NCBI GenBank assembly: GCA_050251875.1
Contig: JBFWMA010000001.1
Coordinates: 401,587 to 465,586, forward strand
Direction of reading: 5' to 3'
Length of the DNA: 64,000 nt
Source of the DNA: Deferribacterales bacterium
GTDB lineage: Bacteria; Chrysiogenota; Deferribacteres; Deferribacterales; Geovibrionaceae
In this document: one piece after another, positions 20,491 through 33,912 of the stretch
Position numbering within the stretch: position 1 is the stretch's first letter
Layout of the letters: each line of letters begins with the position of its first letter
Program-made: the position numbers and the translations under genes
Notes under the pieces: generated by a model
Told to the model about the DNA's origin: nothing
What the model saw: only the letters and a program-made list of their open reading frames with translations
Databases searched by the model: none

Positions 20491-20790
20491 AATCAAAAAA
20501 TCACGTCCGTGTAATTTTTTGATAAGACTTGTCCGGAGTAATCCGGACAAGGTCTCACGCAAGCGAACCCCCATTCATGGGGGTTTTCCGTGGAAGCCTT
20601 CGTCTTTCTGCGTTAGCTTGTAAAAAATCTTTATCATGTACGATTTCAGTACACTCAAAAGATTTTTTACACTCCGCCTGGAACTGCTCGTTTCTGAACA
20701 GGATTCGAATATTCCTTTCTCTACGTCATTCTAGCTAGCTTGGAGCAGAAACGCCCGCCGATAGTAGGGCGGGGTTTTATATGCCGCCTT
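20491..20790. repeat. Mosaic multi-hairpin intergenic element (ERIC-like hairpin plus GTAG REP unit)
   Basis: Hairpins ATCAAAAAAT..ATTTTTTGAT, CTTGTCCGGA-GTAA-TCCGGACAAG, AACCCCCA-TTCA-TGGGGGTT, TGTAAAAAATCTTT...AAAGATTTTTTACA; 20732-20790 matches the 48-bp REP unit at 17035. Confidence 0.65.
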
Positions 20791-20906
20791 TTTATTATCA
20801 TGTAATTTTTACCAATGTAAAAAACACTGTTCTCAGCAAATTTGTGTTTTTTGTGTGTATAATATGATTGCCGTGCAAACGGCAATTATTTACACCGAGG
20901 TGTGCA

Positions 20907-21719
20907 ATGTTTAAAAAAACGTTCCTGATAATGTGTCTGTTGCTGGTATCAATGGTCTCTTTCGCCTTTGAAGAGTACCCGCTGTTTAATACGCTGGAAA
21001 ACTACAGCCTTAATGAAAAACTCAGCAAATCTTTTGATTATGGTGATAACGCGTTTGTAGTCGGCAAGTCTAAGAAACAGACTGTCGAAGGCAGATATTA
21101 CAAAATGGTTTATTCCTTAGACAAACAGGCTACCCCGATGGGCAAACTGTATATCATCAGAAACTATACTAACGCTATCCAGAACGCCGGAGGAACAATA
21201 GTTTATGTTCCTTCCTCAAATGAACTGGTTACCGGTAAAATACTGAAAAACGGTAAAGAAATATGGGTGGGCGTACATTCAAGTAATGTAAAAGGAACTC
21301 AGTACTCTGTTACTATTGTTGAAAAAGCCGGAATGAACCAGGAGATAGAGGCCAACGGTCTGCTTGATTCCATCAACAAAACAGGCAGAGTTACACTTTA
21401 TCTCAATTTCGAGACAGGCAGTTTCTTCATTCAGCAGGATTCTTATCAGACTCTGTATGATATAGCTGAAATGATGAGACAGAGCCCCGGTCTGAGAGTG
21501 GCTATAGAAGGTCACACAGACAACACAGGTTCTCCTGACGGCAACCAGAGGCTGTCTGAGGTGAGGGCTAAGATGATAAAATATTCTCTGGAGATAATGG
21601 GCATCGACCCCTCCAGAATGAAATCCGCCGGATACGGCAGAACAAGACCCGTGGCTGACAACGGCACAGAAGAGGGCAGAGCGAAGAACAGGCGTGTGGA
21701 GCTTGTTAAGATAAACTGA
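20907..21719 (+). CDS. Exported OmpA-family protein
   Basis: Signal peptide from ATG 20907 (GAGG RBS); IEGHTDNTG..NQRLSEVRA, GYGRTRPVADNGTEEGRAKNRRVELV. Confidence 0.88.
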   Translation: MFKKTFLIMCLLLVSMVSFAFEEYPLFNTLENYSLNEKLSKSFDYGDNAFVVGKSKKQTVEGRYYKMVYSLDKQATPMGKLYIIRNYTNAIQNAGGTIVYVPSSNELVTGKILKNGKEIWVGVHSSNVKGTQYSVTIVEKAGMNQEIEANGLLDSINKTGRVTLYLNFETGSFFIQQDSYQTLYDIAEMMRQSPGLRVAIEGHTDNTGSPDGNQRLSEVRAKMIKYSLEIMGIDPSRMKSAGYGRTRPVADNGTEEGRAKNRRVELVKIN

Positions 21720-21725
21720 TAAAAT

Positions 21726-21749
21726 GGCGGGGTTTACCCCGCCTTTTTT
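21726..21749 (+). terminator. Intrinsic terminator (hairpin resembles the REP core)
   Basis: GGCGGGG-TTTA-CCCCGCC-T6. Confidence 0.75.
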
Positions 21750-21785
21750 ATTGACTTAATCTTGCTGTCGGCATAAATAAATTTT

Positions 21786-22430
21786 ATGAAAATCATAGAC
21801 TTAACACACACCATAGAAGAGGGTATGCCCGTTTATCCGGGTACAGAGCCGCCCCTGCTCAAACAGGCAAACACCATAAAAGAGCACGGCTTCGCCGAAA
21901 AGCTCATCACAATGTTTTCCCACACGGGAACGCACATGGACGCTCCCTGTCATATTCTGGAAGGCAGAAAGAGTCTTTCGGACATAGACGTGAACGATCT
22001 GTACGGAAAGGCTTGCCTGATAGATGTTTCCGGGGTGACAGGCAAAATAACCGCCGACCTGCTGAAAGGATATTCGGAAAAGCTGAAAAACTCAGAAATA
22101 GCGGTTTTCTACAGCGGCTGGGACAGATACTGGGGAGAGGACAGATACTATAATGACTTTCCCGTGATGGATATTCCGGCGGCTGAATATCTGGTGAGCA
22201 CCGGGATAAAGGGGCTGGCTGTGGATGTGATATCCGTGGACAGCGTGGACTGCGTGAATCTGGATGTGCACAGAGTTCTCTTTAAATCAGAAATATTTGT
22301 AGCTGAAAACCTGAAAGGTCTGGAAAGGCTTCTGGGGCTGGATTTTTATCTGGGTGTTTTTCCGCTGAATATACCTAAAGGGGACGGGTCTCCTGTCCGG
22401 GCTCTGGCTTTTCTTCCTGAACGTGGATGA
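21786..22430 (+). CDS. Cyclase family protein (kynurenine formamidase-like)
   Basis: IIDLTHTI, PVYPG, HTGTHMDAPCH, ENL, GDGSPVRA. Confidence 0.88.
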   Translation: MKIIDLTHTIEEGMPVYPGTEPPLLKQANTIKEHGFAEKLITMFSHTGTHMDAPCHILEGRKSLSDIDVNDLYGKACLIDVSGVTGKITADLLKGYSEKLKNSEIAVFYSGWDRYWGEDRYYNDFPVMDIPAAEYLVSTGIKGLAVDVISVDSVDCVNLDVHRVLFKSEIFVAENLKGLERLLGLDFYLGVFPLNIPKGDGSPVRALAFLPERG

Positions 22431-24450
22431 CCGGGAGCGTGATTATAAATCTCGCCCCTCCGTTGACGTTCTCCGCTTTTATTGTTCCCATCATTTTGTC
22501 TATTATAGACTTAGCCAGATAGAGTCCCATTCCTGTTCCGTCATCTTTTCCGGATACATACGGCTCAAAAATCTTCGGCAGGAGTTTTTCGTCTATTCCT
22601 CCTGCGTTGTCGGCTATTGATATCACAAAGAGCCCGTCAGCGCTGGACATATTGATGTATATGTTTTTTGATTCAGAATCTTTGTGTGTCAGCGCCTCTT
22701 TGGCGTTCTGAAGAATGTTCAGCACAGCGTGTTTGAACTCGTTCGGGATACCGTTTATCAGGTTTTTGCAGGGCGGGTTTCCGGGATCGAAATTATTCAC
22801 GCATGAGAATGACCGCATGGCGCAGGTACACTCCAGATTATATGTGATTTTGTGGGCTTTCAGCTGAGGAGTTATCATCCGCAGGATGTGAAGCACTGTT
22901 CTGGGAGCGTCAAAGGACTCTGTTTTCTTGTTGGTTTTAAAGAAATCTCTGAAATCCTCAATAGTGCCGGACATATGTTCCACCAGCTCCATCGAGTCTT
23001 TTATATATTTTCTGATGGCTTCTTTTTCGGGCGGGTCGGTGTCGCAGGAATCCTCCATAAGCTGAAGGCATAGATAGAGCGTGTTCAGTGGCTGGCGCCA
23101 CTGGTGGGATATGGAGCCTACCATTTCGCCCAGAGCGGCGAATCTGGACTGCTGGGATGTGATCTGCTGCTGCATGGATTTTTCGTTTTCAGCCGTCACC
23201 ACGGATGTTATGTCGCTGATGAACCCTGTGTAGAACAACAGCTTTCCTGATTCGTCATAATATGGATAGTATTGGCTGAGAACCCAGCGGGTTTCGCCTG
23301 TTTCAGCGTTTATCACTCTGTGCTTGATGTTGTTTTTCGGCTCTACCTGTCCGCCTTTGCTCAGAACCAGACCGGCTTTGTCCTCCTCAGGTATGCACTC
23401 CATGTAAGATCTCGGGTCTCTGTAGAGCGACTCGACAGATTTTCCGTATATCTTCTCATATGCGCTGTTCACATAGAGAAGTTTTGTCAGCTCCGGATTG
23501 GTGAACCATATTATATCGTTGATAGTGTCCGCCATAGCGGTGAATTTGATCTCTGCCTCGTTCAGAGCGGAGCGGGTGCTTTCCAGCTTGTCGTTGGTTA
23601 TCTGGAGAAGGTTGTTCGCCTGCTTCAGAGAAAAATATCTCCACACAGCCAGAGCCGCCGCCACAGCAACGGCTATCCCGAGCAGAATCTTAAACAGAGA
23701 ATCGGATGTGTGTCCGTTTCTCATCGTCAGGTGCCACCTGTCGTATATTTTCTGATATTCGTCAGTCCCCACAAAATCGCTTAGGGCATTGTTCAGCTTT
23801 TCATACAGAGCCGGATTGTTCACGCTGACGGCGACTGATCTTTTTATATCCGCCAGGGGGGGCTCGATTACCTTGATGTCTTTGTCCATCTTCATGGTTT
23901 TCATCATGCTTCTCAGCACATCATAGGAGAAGAGAACGGCATCGCACTGTCCGGACATTAACATATAGAGGAGCCCGGCAGGGTCGTCAGATGTGATTAT
24001 AGTCATGTCTTTGCGGTCTTTTACTAATGACATGCCCACGCTGTAGGGGGTTGTCGCCAGAACCTCGCCTTTCAGATCGTCCAGATTTCTGACTCTGGAA
24101 GATTTGCGGACGAAGAGCGACAGGGTGGATGTGTCTATAGGCACGGTATATTTTACGAATCCCAGTCTGTCATCAGATATTCCAATGTTGGGGATTAAGT
24201 CGGCGTCTCCGGTTTTTACCATCCTTATGGCGGTTGTCCAGTCCGGAACAGGTTTGAATGTTATTCTGATATCAGTATTTTCCGTGGCTTTTTTCAGAAC
24301 GTCAATCCCCAGTCCGGCTGTTTCGCCGTTGCCTGTTTTAAAGAAATAAGGGGGAAAGTGTTCGGGATAAACAGCCAGCGCGTCCATTCCGAAGGATGAA
24401 AGAGGGATTCCGAGCAGTAGTATAATTATAAATAAGTATCTATTTGACAT
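22375..24450 (-). CDS. Sensor histidine kinase: periplasmic solute-binding domain, TM, PAS, HisKA, HATPase
   Basis: PBPb-type N-terminus (FPPYFF, GLGIDV), PAS (YVNSAYEKIYG), ISHQWRQPL H-box, DNAGGI and GTGMGL G-boxes. Confidence 0.9.
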   Translation of the reverse strand: MSNRYLFIIILLLGIPLSSFGMDALAVYPEHFPPYFFKTGNGETAGLGIDVLKKATENTDIRITFKPVPDWTTAIRMVKTGDADLIPNIGISDDRLGFVKYTVPIDTSTLSLFVRKSSRVRNLDDLKGEVLATTPYSVGMSLVKDRKDMTIITSDDPAGLLYMLMSGQCDAVLFSYDVLRSMMKTMKMDKDIKVIEPPLADIKRSVAVSVNNPALYEKLNNALSDFVGTDEYQKIYDRWHLTMRNGHTSDSLFKILLGIAVAVAAALAVWRYFSLKQANNLLQITNDKLESTRSALNEAEIKFTAMADTINDIIWFTNPELTKLLYVNSAYEKIYGKSVESLYRDPRSYMECIPEEDKAGLVLSKGGQVEPKNNIKHRVINAETGETRWVLSQYYPYYDESGKLLFYTGFISDITSVVTAENEKSMQQQITSQQSRFAALGEMVGSISHQWRQPLNTLYLCLQLMEDSCDTDPPEKEAIRKYIKDSMELVEHMSGTIEDFRDFFKTNKKTESFDAPRTVLHILRMITPQLKAHKITYNLECTCAMRSFSCVNNFDPGNPPCKNLINGIPNEFKHAVLNILQNAKEALTHKDSESKNIYINMSSADGLFVISIADNAGGIDEKLLPKIFEPYVSGKDDGTGMGLYLAKSIIDKMMGTIKAENVNGGARFIITLPVIHVQEEKPEPGQETRPL

Positions 24451-24585
24451 TGTCTTACCTTATATTGAATTATCACACACGAATATCAGTTTGTGAAGTC
24501 AATCTGCCGGTTTTTTAATAATTATGTGATAATTATATTTCAATTTTTAATCTTAAGAATCCTTAGAAAAATGTTCTAAAATATT

Positions 24586-24624
24586 TTGACAAACCATAGC
24601 GCAATATTGTATACAGAATACAAT
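24586..24624 (+). promoter_or_regulatory. acnB sigma70 promoter with a TGTATACA palindrome over the -10
   Basis: TTGACA at 24586; TGTATACA at 24608-24615 followed by GAATACA. Confidence 0.55.
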
Positions 24625-24678
24625 CTGGAAAAATCAAAAAGGTCGTATTGCGTCCTTTTATTACAGGAGTAGATTGAT

Positions 24679-27225
24679 ATGATGCAGGATTACCTGAAAC
24701 AAGTTGAAGACAGGGCGAAGATGGGCATCCCCGCTCTCCCTCTCACAGCAGAATTTACTGCTGAAGTTTGCGCGCTTCTTGAGAAGTCAGCCACAAAAGA
24801 GCTGGTTGACCTTATCGAAAACAGAGTGGCTCCCGGTGTTGACCCCGCTTCCGAGGTTAAGGCAGCATGGCTTGCCAAAGTAGCGAAAGGCGAGACAAAA
24901 TGCTCACTCATAGACAAAAAGAGAGCTGTATTCCTTCTGGGAACGATGCTTGGCGGATACAACGTTAAGCCTCTGGTTGACCTGCTCGCTGACAAAGAGC
25001 TGGGCAAAGACGCCGCTGACGCTCTGAAAAAGACTATCCTCGTATACGGCGCTTTTGACGAGATCGTTGCTCTGTCCAAATCAAACGAGAACGCTATGGC
25101 TGTTCTTAAATCATGGGCGGATGCTGAGTGGTTCACCAGCAAACCCGAACTGAGAAAAGAGTACAAAGTTAAAATATACAAAGTCGCCGGCGAAACAAAC
25201 ACTGACGACTTCTCTCCCGCTAAACACGCATGGAGCCGTCCTGATATCCCCCTTCACGCTCTGGCTATGGGCGAGACAGGTTTCCCTGACGGAAACGAGG
25301 TTATGGAAAAATTCAAAGCTGAAGGCTTTGAAGTCGCTTTCGTGGGTGACGTTGTCGGTACAGGTTCATCACGTAAATCTGCCTGCAACTCCGTAATGTG
25401 GAGAATCGGTTCAGAGATTCCCTTCGTTCCCAACAAGAAAAACGGCGGTACCATCATCGGTAACGTTATCGCTCCTATCTTCTTCAACACAACACAGGAC
25501 TCCGGCGGTCTGCCCATCATGTGTAACGTTGACGCCCTTAACACAGGCGATGTTGTTGTTATCAACACAGAAAAAGGCGAAATCAAAGATGAGTCCGGAA
25601 AAGTTCTTTCTACATTCGAACTGAAACCCGGCACTATAAAAGATGAATACAGAGCAGGCGGACGTCTGAACCTGATCATCGGACGCACACTGACAAACAA
25701 CGCCAGAAAAGCTATGGGACTCGGTGAATCAGAAGTATTCACAAAAGCTGACAACCCCGTTGCTAAACCCGGTCAGGGATACACTCTGGCTCAGAAAATC
25801 ATCGGTAAAGCATGCGGCGTAGCCGGCGTTCTTCCCGGAACAGCCTGTGAGCCCAAAATGACAACAGTAGGTTCACAGGATACAACAGGACCCATGACAA
25901 GAGACGAGATCAAAGAACTCGCCTGTCTTGAGTTCCTTTCACCTATGTTCATGCAGTCATTCTGCCACACAGCCGCTTATCCTAAAAAAGCTGACGTGGA
26001 TATGCACAAATCACTGCCCGCTTTCGTATCAGCCAGAAAAGGCGTTGCCCTTCGCCCCGGCGATGGTGTTATCCACTCATGGCTGAACAGACTGCTTCTT
26101 CCCGACACACTGGGAACAGGCGGCGACTCACACACACGTTTCCCCATGGGACTTTCACTTCCCGCCGGTTCCGGTCTGGTTGCTTTCGCCGGAGCTCTGG
26201 GATTCATGCCTCTGGACGTTCCCGAGTCTGTTCTTGTTAAATTCAAAGGCAAGTTCAACCCCGGAATCACTCTGAGAGACGCTGTGAACGCTATCCCCTA
26301 CTGGGCGATCAAACAAGGACTTCTTACTGTTCCTAAAAAGAACAAAGTAAACGTATTCAACGGACGCATACTCGAGATGGAAGGTCTTCCCGATCTGACA
26401 GTTGAGCAGGCTTTCGAACTTACAGATGCTACTGCTGAGCGTTCTGCTGCCGGCGGTACTATCAAACTTTCTGAAGAAGCTGTAGCTAACTACCTTAAAT
26501 CAAACATTGCTCTTATGGAGAAAATGATTGCCGCAGGTTATCAGGATGCCAACACTCTGAAGAAACGTATCGAAGACGCCAAAGCATGGCTGGCTAAACC
26601 CGTTCTTCTGGAAAGAGACGCTAACGCCGAGTACGCCGCTGTTATCGAGATCGATCTTGCCGATATCAAAGAGCCCATCCTCGCATGCCCCAACGACCCT
26701 GATGATGTCAAACTTCTTTCAGACGTTGCCGGAACAAAAGTGGATGAGACTTTCATCGGTTCCTGTATGACAAACATTGGTCACTTCAGAGCGGCCGGTA
26801 AAATATGGGAAGGCGCTCCCTATCCCAAAACACGCATGTGGCTGACACCCCCCACTCGTATGGACGAGATGCAGCTGATGGAAGAAGGATACTACAGCAT
26901 CTATTCCGCTGTAGGCGCCAGAACAGAAGTTCCCGGATGCTCACTCTGCATGGGTAACCAGGGACGTGTTGCTCCCGGAGCGACAGTTCTGTCTACATCC
27001 ACAAGAAACTTCCCCAACAGAATCGGCGATAACTCTAACGTTTTCCTCGGTTCAGCTGAGCTGACAGCTATCACCGCTATACTTGGCGAACTGCCCACAA
27101 AAGAGCAGTACTTCGAGTATATGACTACAAAAGTTGCTCCTAAAGCGGCTGAGATATACAAATATCTTGAGTTCGATAAAATGGGCGACTTCGAGCTGTC
27201 ATACATCGAAACAGTAGCATTCTAA
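24679..27225 (+). CDS. acnB: Aconitate hydratase B
   Basis: [83 protein letters not shown]. Confidence 0.97.
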   Translation: MMQDYLKQVEDRAKMGIPALPLTAEFTAEVCALLEKSATKELVDLIENRVAPGVDPASEVKAAWLAKVAKGETKCSLIDKKRAVFLLGTMLGGYNVKPLVDLLADKELGKDAADALKKTILVYGAFDEIVALSKSNENAMAVLKSWADAEWFTSKPELRKEYKVKIYKVAGETNTDDFSPAKHAWSRPDIPLHALAMGETGFPDGNEVMEKFKAEGFEVAFVGDVVGTGSSRKSACNSVMWRIGSEIPFVPNKKNGGTIIGNVIAPIFFNTTQDSGGLPIMCNVDALNTGDVVVINTEKGEIKDESGKVLSTFELKPGTIKDEYRAGGRLNLIIGRTLTNNARKAMGLGESEVFTKADNPVAKPGQGYTLAQKIIGKACGVAGVLPGTACEPKMTTVGSQDTTGPMTRDEIKELACLEFLSPMFMQSFCHTAAYPKKADVDMHKSLPAFVSARKGVALRPGDGVIHSWLNRLLLPDTLGTGGDSHTRFPMGLSLPAGSGLVAFAGALGFMPLDVPESVLVKFKGKFNPGITLRDAVNAIPYWAIKQGLLTVPKKNKVNVFNGRILEMEGLPDLTVEQAFELTDATAERSAAGGTIKLSEEAVANYLKSNIALMEKMIAAGYQDANTLKKRIEDAKAWLAKPVLLERDANAEYAAVIEIDLADIKEPILACPNDPDDVKLLSDVAGTKVDETFIGSCMTNIGHFRAAGKIWEGAPYPKTRMWLTPPTRMDEMQLMEEGYYSIYSAVGARTEVPGCSLCMGNQGRVAPGATVLSTSTRNFPNRIGDNSNVFLGSAELTAITAILGELPTKEQYFEYMTTKVAPKAAEIYKYLEFDKMGDFELSYIETVAF

Positions 27226-27246
27226 GGTTCTTTCGACCTTGAATAT

Positions 27247-27277
27247 AAAAGCCCGCTTAAAAAAGCGGGCTTTTTTT
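27247..27277. terminator. Bidirectional intrinsic terminator after acnB
   Basis: AAAA-GCCCGCTT-AAAA-AAGCGGGC-T7. Confidence 0.85.
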
Positions 27278-27297
27278 ATGTCCATGAAGTCAGTTTG

Positions 27298-27442
27298 CGT
27301 CATTACGAGCTTTCGTAAGAAAGCGTAGTAATCCCGGCGGGGTATAAAACCCCGCCCTACTATCGGCGGGTGTTTCTGTTCCCAGCTTGCTGGCAAAACC
27401 CCGCCCTACATTTGGCGGGCGTTTCTGTATCAAGCCAGTTTG
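27298..27442 (-). repeat. REP cluster: one CGTC-type REP (+) joined to GTAG-type REPs (-)
   Basis: CGTCATTACGAGCTTTCGTAAGAAAGCGTAGTAATCC at 27298-27334; GGCGGGGTATAAAACCCCGCCCTAC at 27336-27360; a loop-inserted unit ending 27409; a further partial unit. Confidence 0.8.
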
Positions 27443-27457
27443 TGATTGTAGAAAAAT

Positions 27458-28666
27458 TTACGCTATCTTATTAAGGTTGTCGATGTACTTGTAGACGTCT
27501 TTGGGGACGGTGACGTTTTCGGGGTTGATGAGACCGATGATCTTCTGGCGGTCGATGGCGCTCTTGGAGAGATCCACCACTTTCAGAGGAGTTCTCTCGC
27601 CGTTTTTGTTCATGAAAACTATCACGATGGGGTCGGTGGGTTTGTTATTGTTTGTTTTGCCGACTATGGCAAATTCCTGCGTGCTCATCATCACGAGCGA
27701 GCCAACGGGGTAAATGCCCACGTTCTTTATGAAAAATTCAAAAACACTCTTGTTTATGTGCGAGTCTGTCCAGCTGAACATCAGCTTGAGGGCGGATGTA
27801 GCCGCCATGCCTTTGTTATATACTCTGTCGCTGGTGATGGCGTCATAAATATCCACAACTGCGCCTATCTTTCCGTCTATGCTGATTTGTTCGTCTGAGA
27901 GCCCGTTGGGATATCCGGAACCGTCATGTCTTTCGTGGTGTTCCAGCACCAGTTTCAGCATATCGGGCTGCATCCCCTGTTTCAGCAGATAGTCATATCC
28001 TCTCTGAACGTGCTGTTTCATTATGATGAACTCGCTGTCTGTCAGCTTGCCGGGTTTATTCAGAATCTCCTGCGGTATAAGCATTTTTCCGATGTCGTGC
28101 ACAAGTCCTGCGTTCGCCACACGTTCTATCTCGTTCTCTTTCATGCCCAGGTGCGCTGCCAGACTGGCGGCAAATACGCTGACATTCATAGAGTGGTGAA
28201 ATGTATAGTCATCATGTTTCTGGAGCTTTGTAACGCTCGCCAGAACGCCTCTGTTTCTTACGGTTACTTTGGCTATGCTGTCGGATATGCTTCTGATGGC
28301 GGAGCTGTTGAATGATCTTCCGGAGCGGATGTCTGACAGAACACTGCCAACCATAGTTACCGATTCGGTGTATACGTCTGTGGCGTGGTTGAATTCTTTC
28401 AGGTTCAGCTGGTGCTTCGGCGCTTCCTGCGCCAGCACGTTGATTAGCTCGTCCGATCTGCCTTCATATAGATCGGTTATCTTCTTCTCTTCCTCACGTC
28501 TGGGTTCTATAAATACGAATTCTATTCCGTTGGCGGCGAGCCGGTCTATGGTTGCCTGATCTTTGATGACAAATCTATGCGACAGGAAATCGGTGCCGAG
28601 CCAGCTTCGGTCGAACTTCAGAACATGATCGCCTATCCTTAGGCCGGAAACGGGAACCTTATCCAT
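27458..28666 (-). CDS. HD-GYP domain c-di-GMP phosphodiesterase (DUF3391-like N-terminus)
   Basis: DDYTFHHSMNV, LVHDIGK, HHERHDGSGYP, DIYDAITSDRVY, GIYPVGSLV. Confidence 0.9.
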   Translation of the reverse strand: MDKVPVSGLRIGDHVLKFDRSWLGTDFLSHRFVIKDQATIDRLAANGIEFVFIEPRREEEKKITDLYEGRSDELINVLAQEAPKHQLNLKEFNHATDVYTESVTMVGSVLSDIRSGRSFNSSAIRSISDSIAKVTVRNRGVLASVTKLQKHDDYTFHHSMNVSVFAASLAAHLGMKENEIERVANAGLVHDIGKMLIPQEILNKPGKLTDSEFIIMKQHVQRGYDYLLKQGMQPDMLKLVLEHHERHDGSGYPNGLSDEQISIDGKIGAVVDIYDAITSDRVYNKGMAATSALKLMFSWTDSHINKSVFEFFIKNVGIYPVGSLVMMSTQEFAIVGKTNNNKPTDPIVIVFMNKNGERTPLKVVDLSKSAIDRQKIIGLINPENVTVPKDVYKYIDNLNKIA

Positions 28667-29158
28667 TTCTTCATCCTGTGTATAATCTATTTATATATAG
28701 GAGCATAAAACCCCGCCTGGCGAGCAAAAAGAAATAAGATCAGGAAAATTTGAATTATATTAAATAGTAAAAGGCATTGTGATGCATGTCAATATTTTAT
28801 TACACGAACCGGGCTCGAATATAATTTTTAATTAACATCCGGTCAGTACGGCTGTCTGTTATTGGTCGTCTGAATCCTATATAGAATTTTGTGAATATTT
28901 CGTAATGGAAACACTGTTTAAAATCTGAACCATCACACGGCAAAACTGTCAAATCCTGTGCGGAGGCTGATTTTGTGAAACCATATCTCATAGTTGTATT
29001 GAAATATTCAATAAATACTATAGTTCTTTCTGAGCAAGGATTTCAGGAGCTTTTGAGGGTGAATTACGCCTCGGTAAGTTTGTCAGAACGCAAGGGATTG
29101 AAAAGGCAGGAAAAATAAAATTTAAATAATGTTTTAACATAGACAAGGGCAATAATGC

Positions 29159-29201
29159 TTGACAAAAACTTAGTAAAATATATAACAGTATACTGTATAC
29201 A
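29159..29201 (+). promoter_or_regulatory. icd sigma70 promoter with tandem GTATAC palindromes
   Basis: TTGACA at 29159, TATAAC at 29181; AGTATACT (29187) and TGTATACA (29194). Confidence 0.55.
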
Positions 29202-29284
29202 AAATAAAAAACGAAATGGCATTATACCGTGAAGCATGAGGACAAAGCATAACTATAGAGTAACGACATTAATCAATTGTATAA

Positions 29285-31519
<2,235 letters not shown>

Positions 31520-31577
31520 TCAAAAGTTCCGAAATAAAATGACAGGCGCCCGCAGAGCCGGGCGCCAAATAAAATAG

Positions 31578-32570
<993 letters not shown>

Positions 32571-32697
32571 GTTAACTTAGGTTATCAACGGTTAAATGAA
32601 TAAATCATGGCTCATTCTTCAGAAAAAAAGACTTGCAAAAACGGTTTTATGAACGTAAAAACGGTAATTGCAGTCCGAAATAAAAGGAGGATGAGCC

Positions 32698-33903
32698 ATG
32701 TATTTGCATGAGTTTCAGGCGAAGGGTCTGTTAAGATCATACGGTGTCCCGGTTCCGGACGGCGGTGTCGCTTCTACCGCAAGTGACGCGCTGAGAGTGG
32801 CAAAATCGCTGAAAGGCGAGAAGTGGGTTATAAAAGCCCAGGTGCACGCAGGCGGAAGAGGCAAGGCGGGCGGTGTGAAGGTCGTAAGCGCTTTCAGCGA
32901 GGTTTACGATGTAGCCACACAGATGCTCGGTATGAAGATTGTTACAAAACAGACCGGAGACGAAGGCAAGATTGTCCGCAGGATACTGGTAGAGAAAGCG
33001 ACAGATATCAAAAAAGAGATATACCTCAGCTTTCTTGTGGACAGAGACTCAGAACAGCATATGATAATCGCCAGTTCTGAGGGCGGCGTGGAGATCGAGG
33101 AAGTTGCCAAGAACAACCCCACCGCTATTGTAAAAGAGCACATCAGCCCCGTTTTAGGACTCGGTCTTTTTATGGGACGCAAAATAGCTAAGAAGATGGG
33201 TCTCGACTCATCACAGCTTAACAAATTTGCGGATGTCGCATCAAGACTCTATCAGTGTTTTGTAGATCACGATGCCATGATGCTGGAGATCAATCCTCTG
33301 GTAGTCACTGGCGATAACGATATAGTCTGTCTGGACGCTAAAATGACAGTGGACGAAAACGCACTGTTCAGGCATCCGAAGATAGAAGAGATGAAAGACT
33401 ACGGCGAGCTCGAGCCTCAGGAGGTCAGAGCGTCTATATTTGATTTGTCGTATGTCAGCATGGAAGGCAACATTGGCTGTATGGTCAACGGTGCCGGACT
33501 TGCCATGGCTACAATGGATATTATAAAGTCTTTCGGCGGACAGCCCGCGAACTTTCTCGATGTGGGCGGCGGAGCCGATGTCAACAAGGTTAGAGAAGCA
33601 TTTAAGATCATCCTCACAGACCCTAAGGTGAAGGTGATCTTCGTTAATATATTCGGCGGAATTGTCCGCTGTGACCTCATAGCGCAGGGTGTTCTGAAGG
33701 CGGCGGAAGAGGTGCCCGGAGACAGGCACATAGTCGTCAGGCTGGACGGAACACATGTGAAAGAGGGCAGACAGATTCTGGACGAGGGCGCTCATAAGAA
33801 CGGACTCAGTATCGTAACAGGCGATACTATGGCAGACGCGGCAGAAAAGGCGGTTCAGCTGGCAAACGACAGCAAACCCGCTAAAAAGACCAAAGCGAGC
33901 TAG
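32698..33903 (+). CDS. sucC: Succinyl-CoA synthetase beta subunit
   Basis: LHEFQAK, KAQVHAGGRGKAGGVK, GCMVNGAGLAMATMD, NFLDVGGG, NIFGGIVRCD. Confidence 0.96.
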   Translation: MYLHEFQAKGLLRSYGVPVPDGGVASTASDALRVAKSLKGEKWVIKAQVHAGGRGKAGGVKVVSAFSEVYDVATQMLGMKIVTKQTGDEGKIVRRILVEKATDIKKEIYLSFLVDRDSEQHMIIASSEGGVEIEEVAKNNPTAIVKEHISPVLGLGLFMGRKIAKKMGLDSSQLNKFADVASRLYQCFVDHDAMMLEINPLVVTGDNDIVCLDAKMTVDENALFRHPKIEEMKDYGELEPQEVRASIFDLSYVSMEGNIGCMVNGAGLAMATMDIIKSFGGQPANFLDVGGGADVNKVREAFKIILTDPKVKVIFVNIFGGIVRCDLIAQGVLKAAEEVPGDRHIVVRLDGTHVKEGRQILDEGAHKNGLSIVTGDTMADAAEKAVQLANDSKPAKKTKAS

Positions 33904-33912
33904 GAGGACGAC

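Noticed and set aside
20529..20738. 69-aa ORF across the hairpin mosaic
   Set aside because: No RBS, TTG start, lies wholly within palindromic elements
28935..28975. GGCAAA motif suggesting a c-di-GMP-I riboswitch
   Set aside because: The GAAA-looped stem and GACGCAAA that should follow are missing
28800..28991. 63-aa minus-strand ORF in the HD-GYP/icd gap
   Set aside because: No SD and no recognisable motif; cannot be supported
31545..31566. GC hairpin GGCGCCCG/CGGGCGCC between icd and mdh as a terminator
   Set aside because: No U-tract on the + strand; more likely a stability or processing stem
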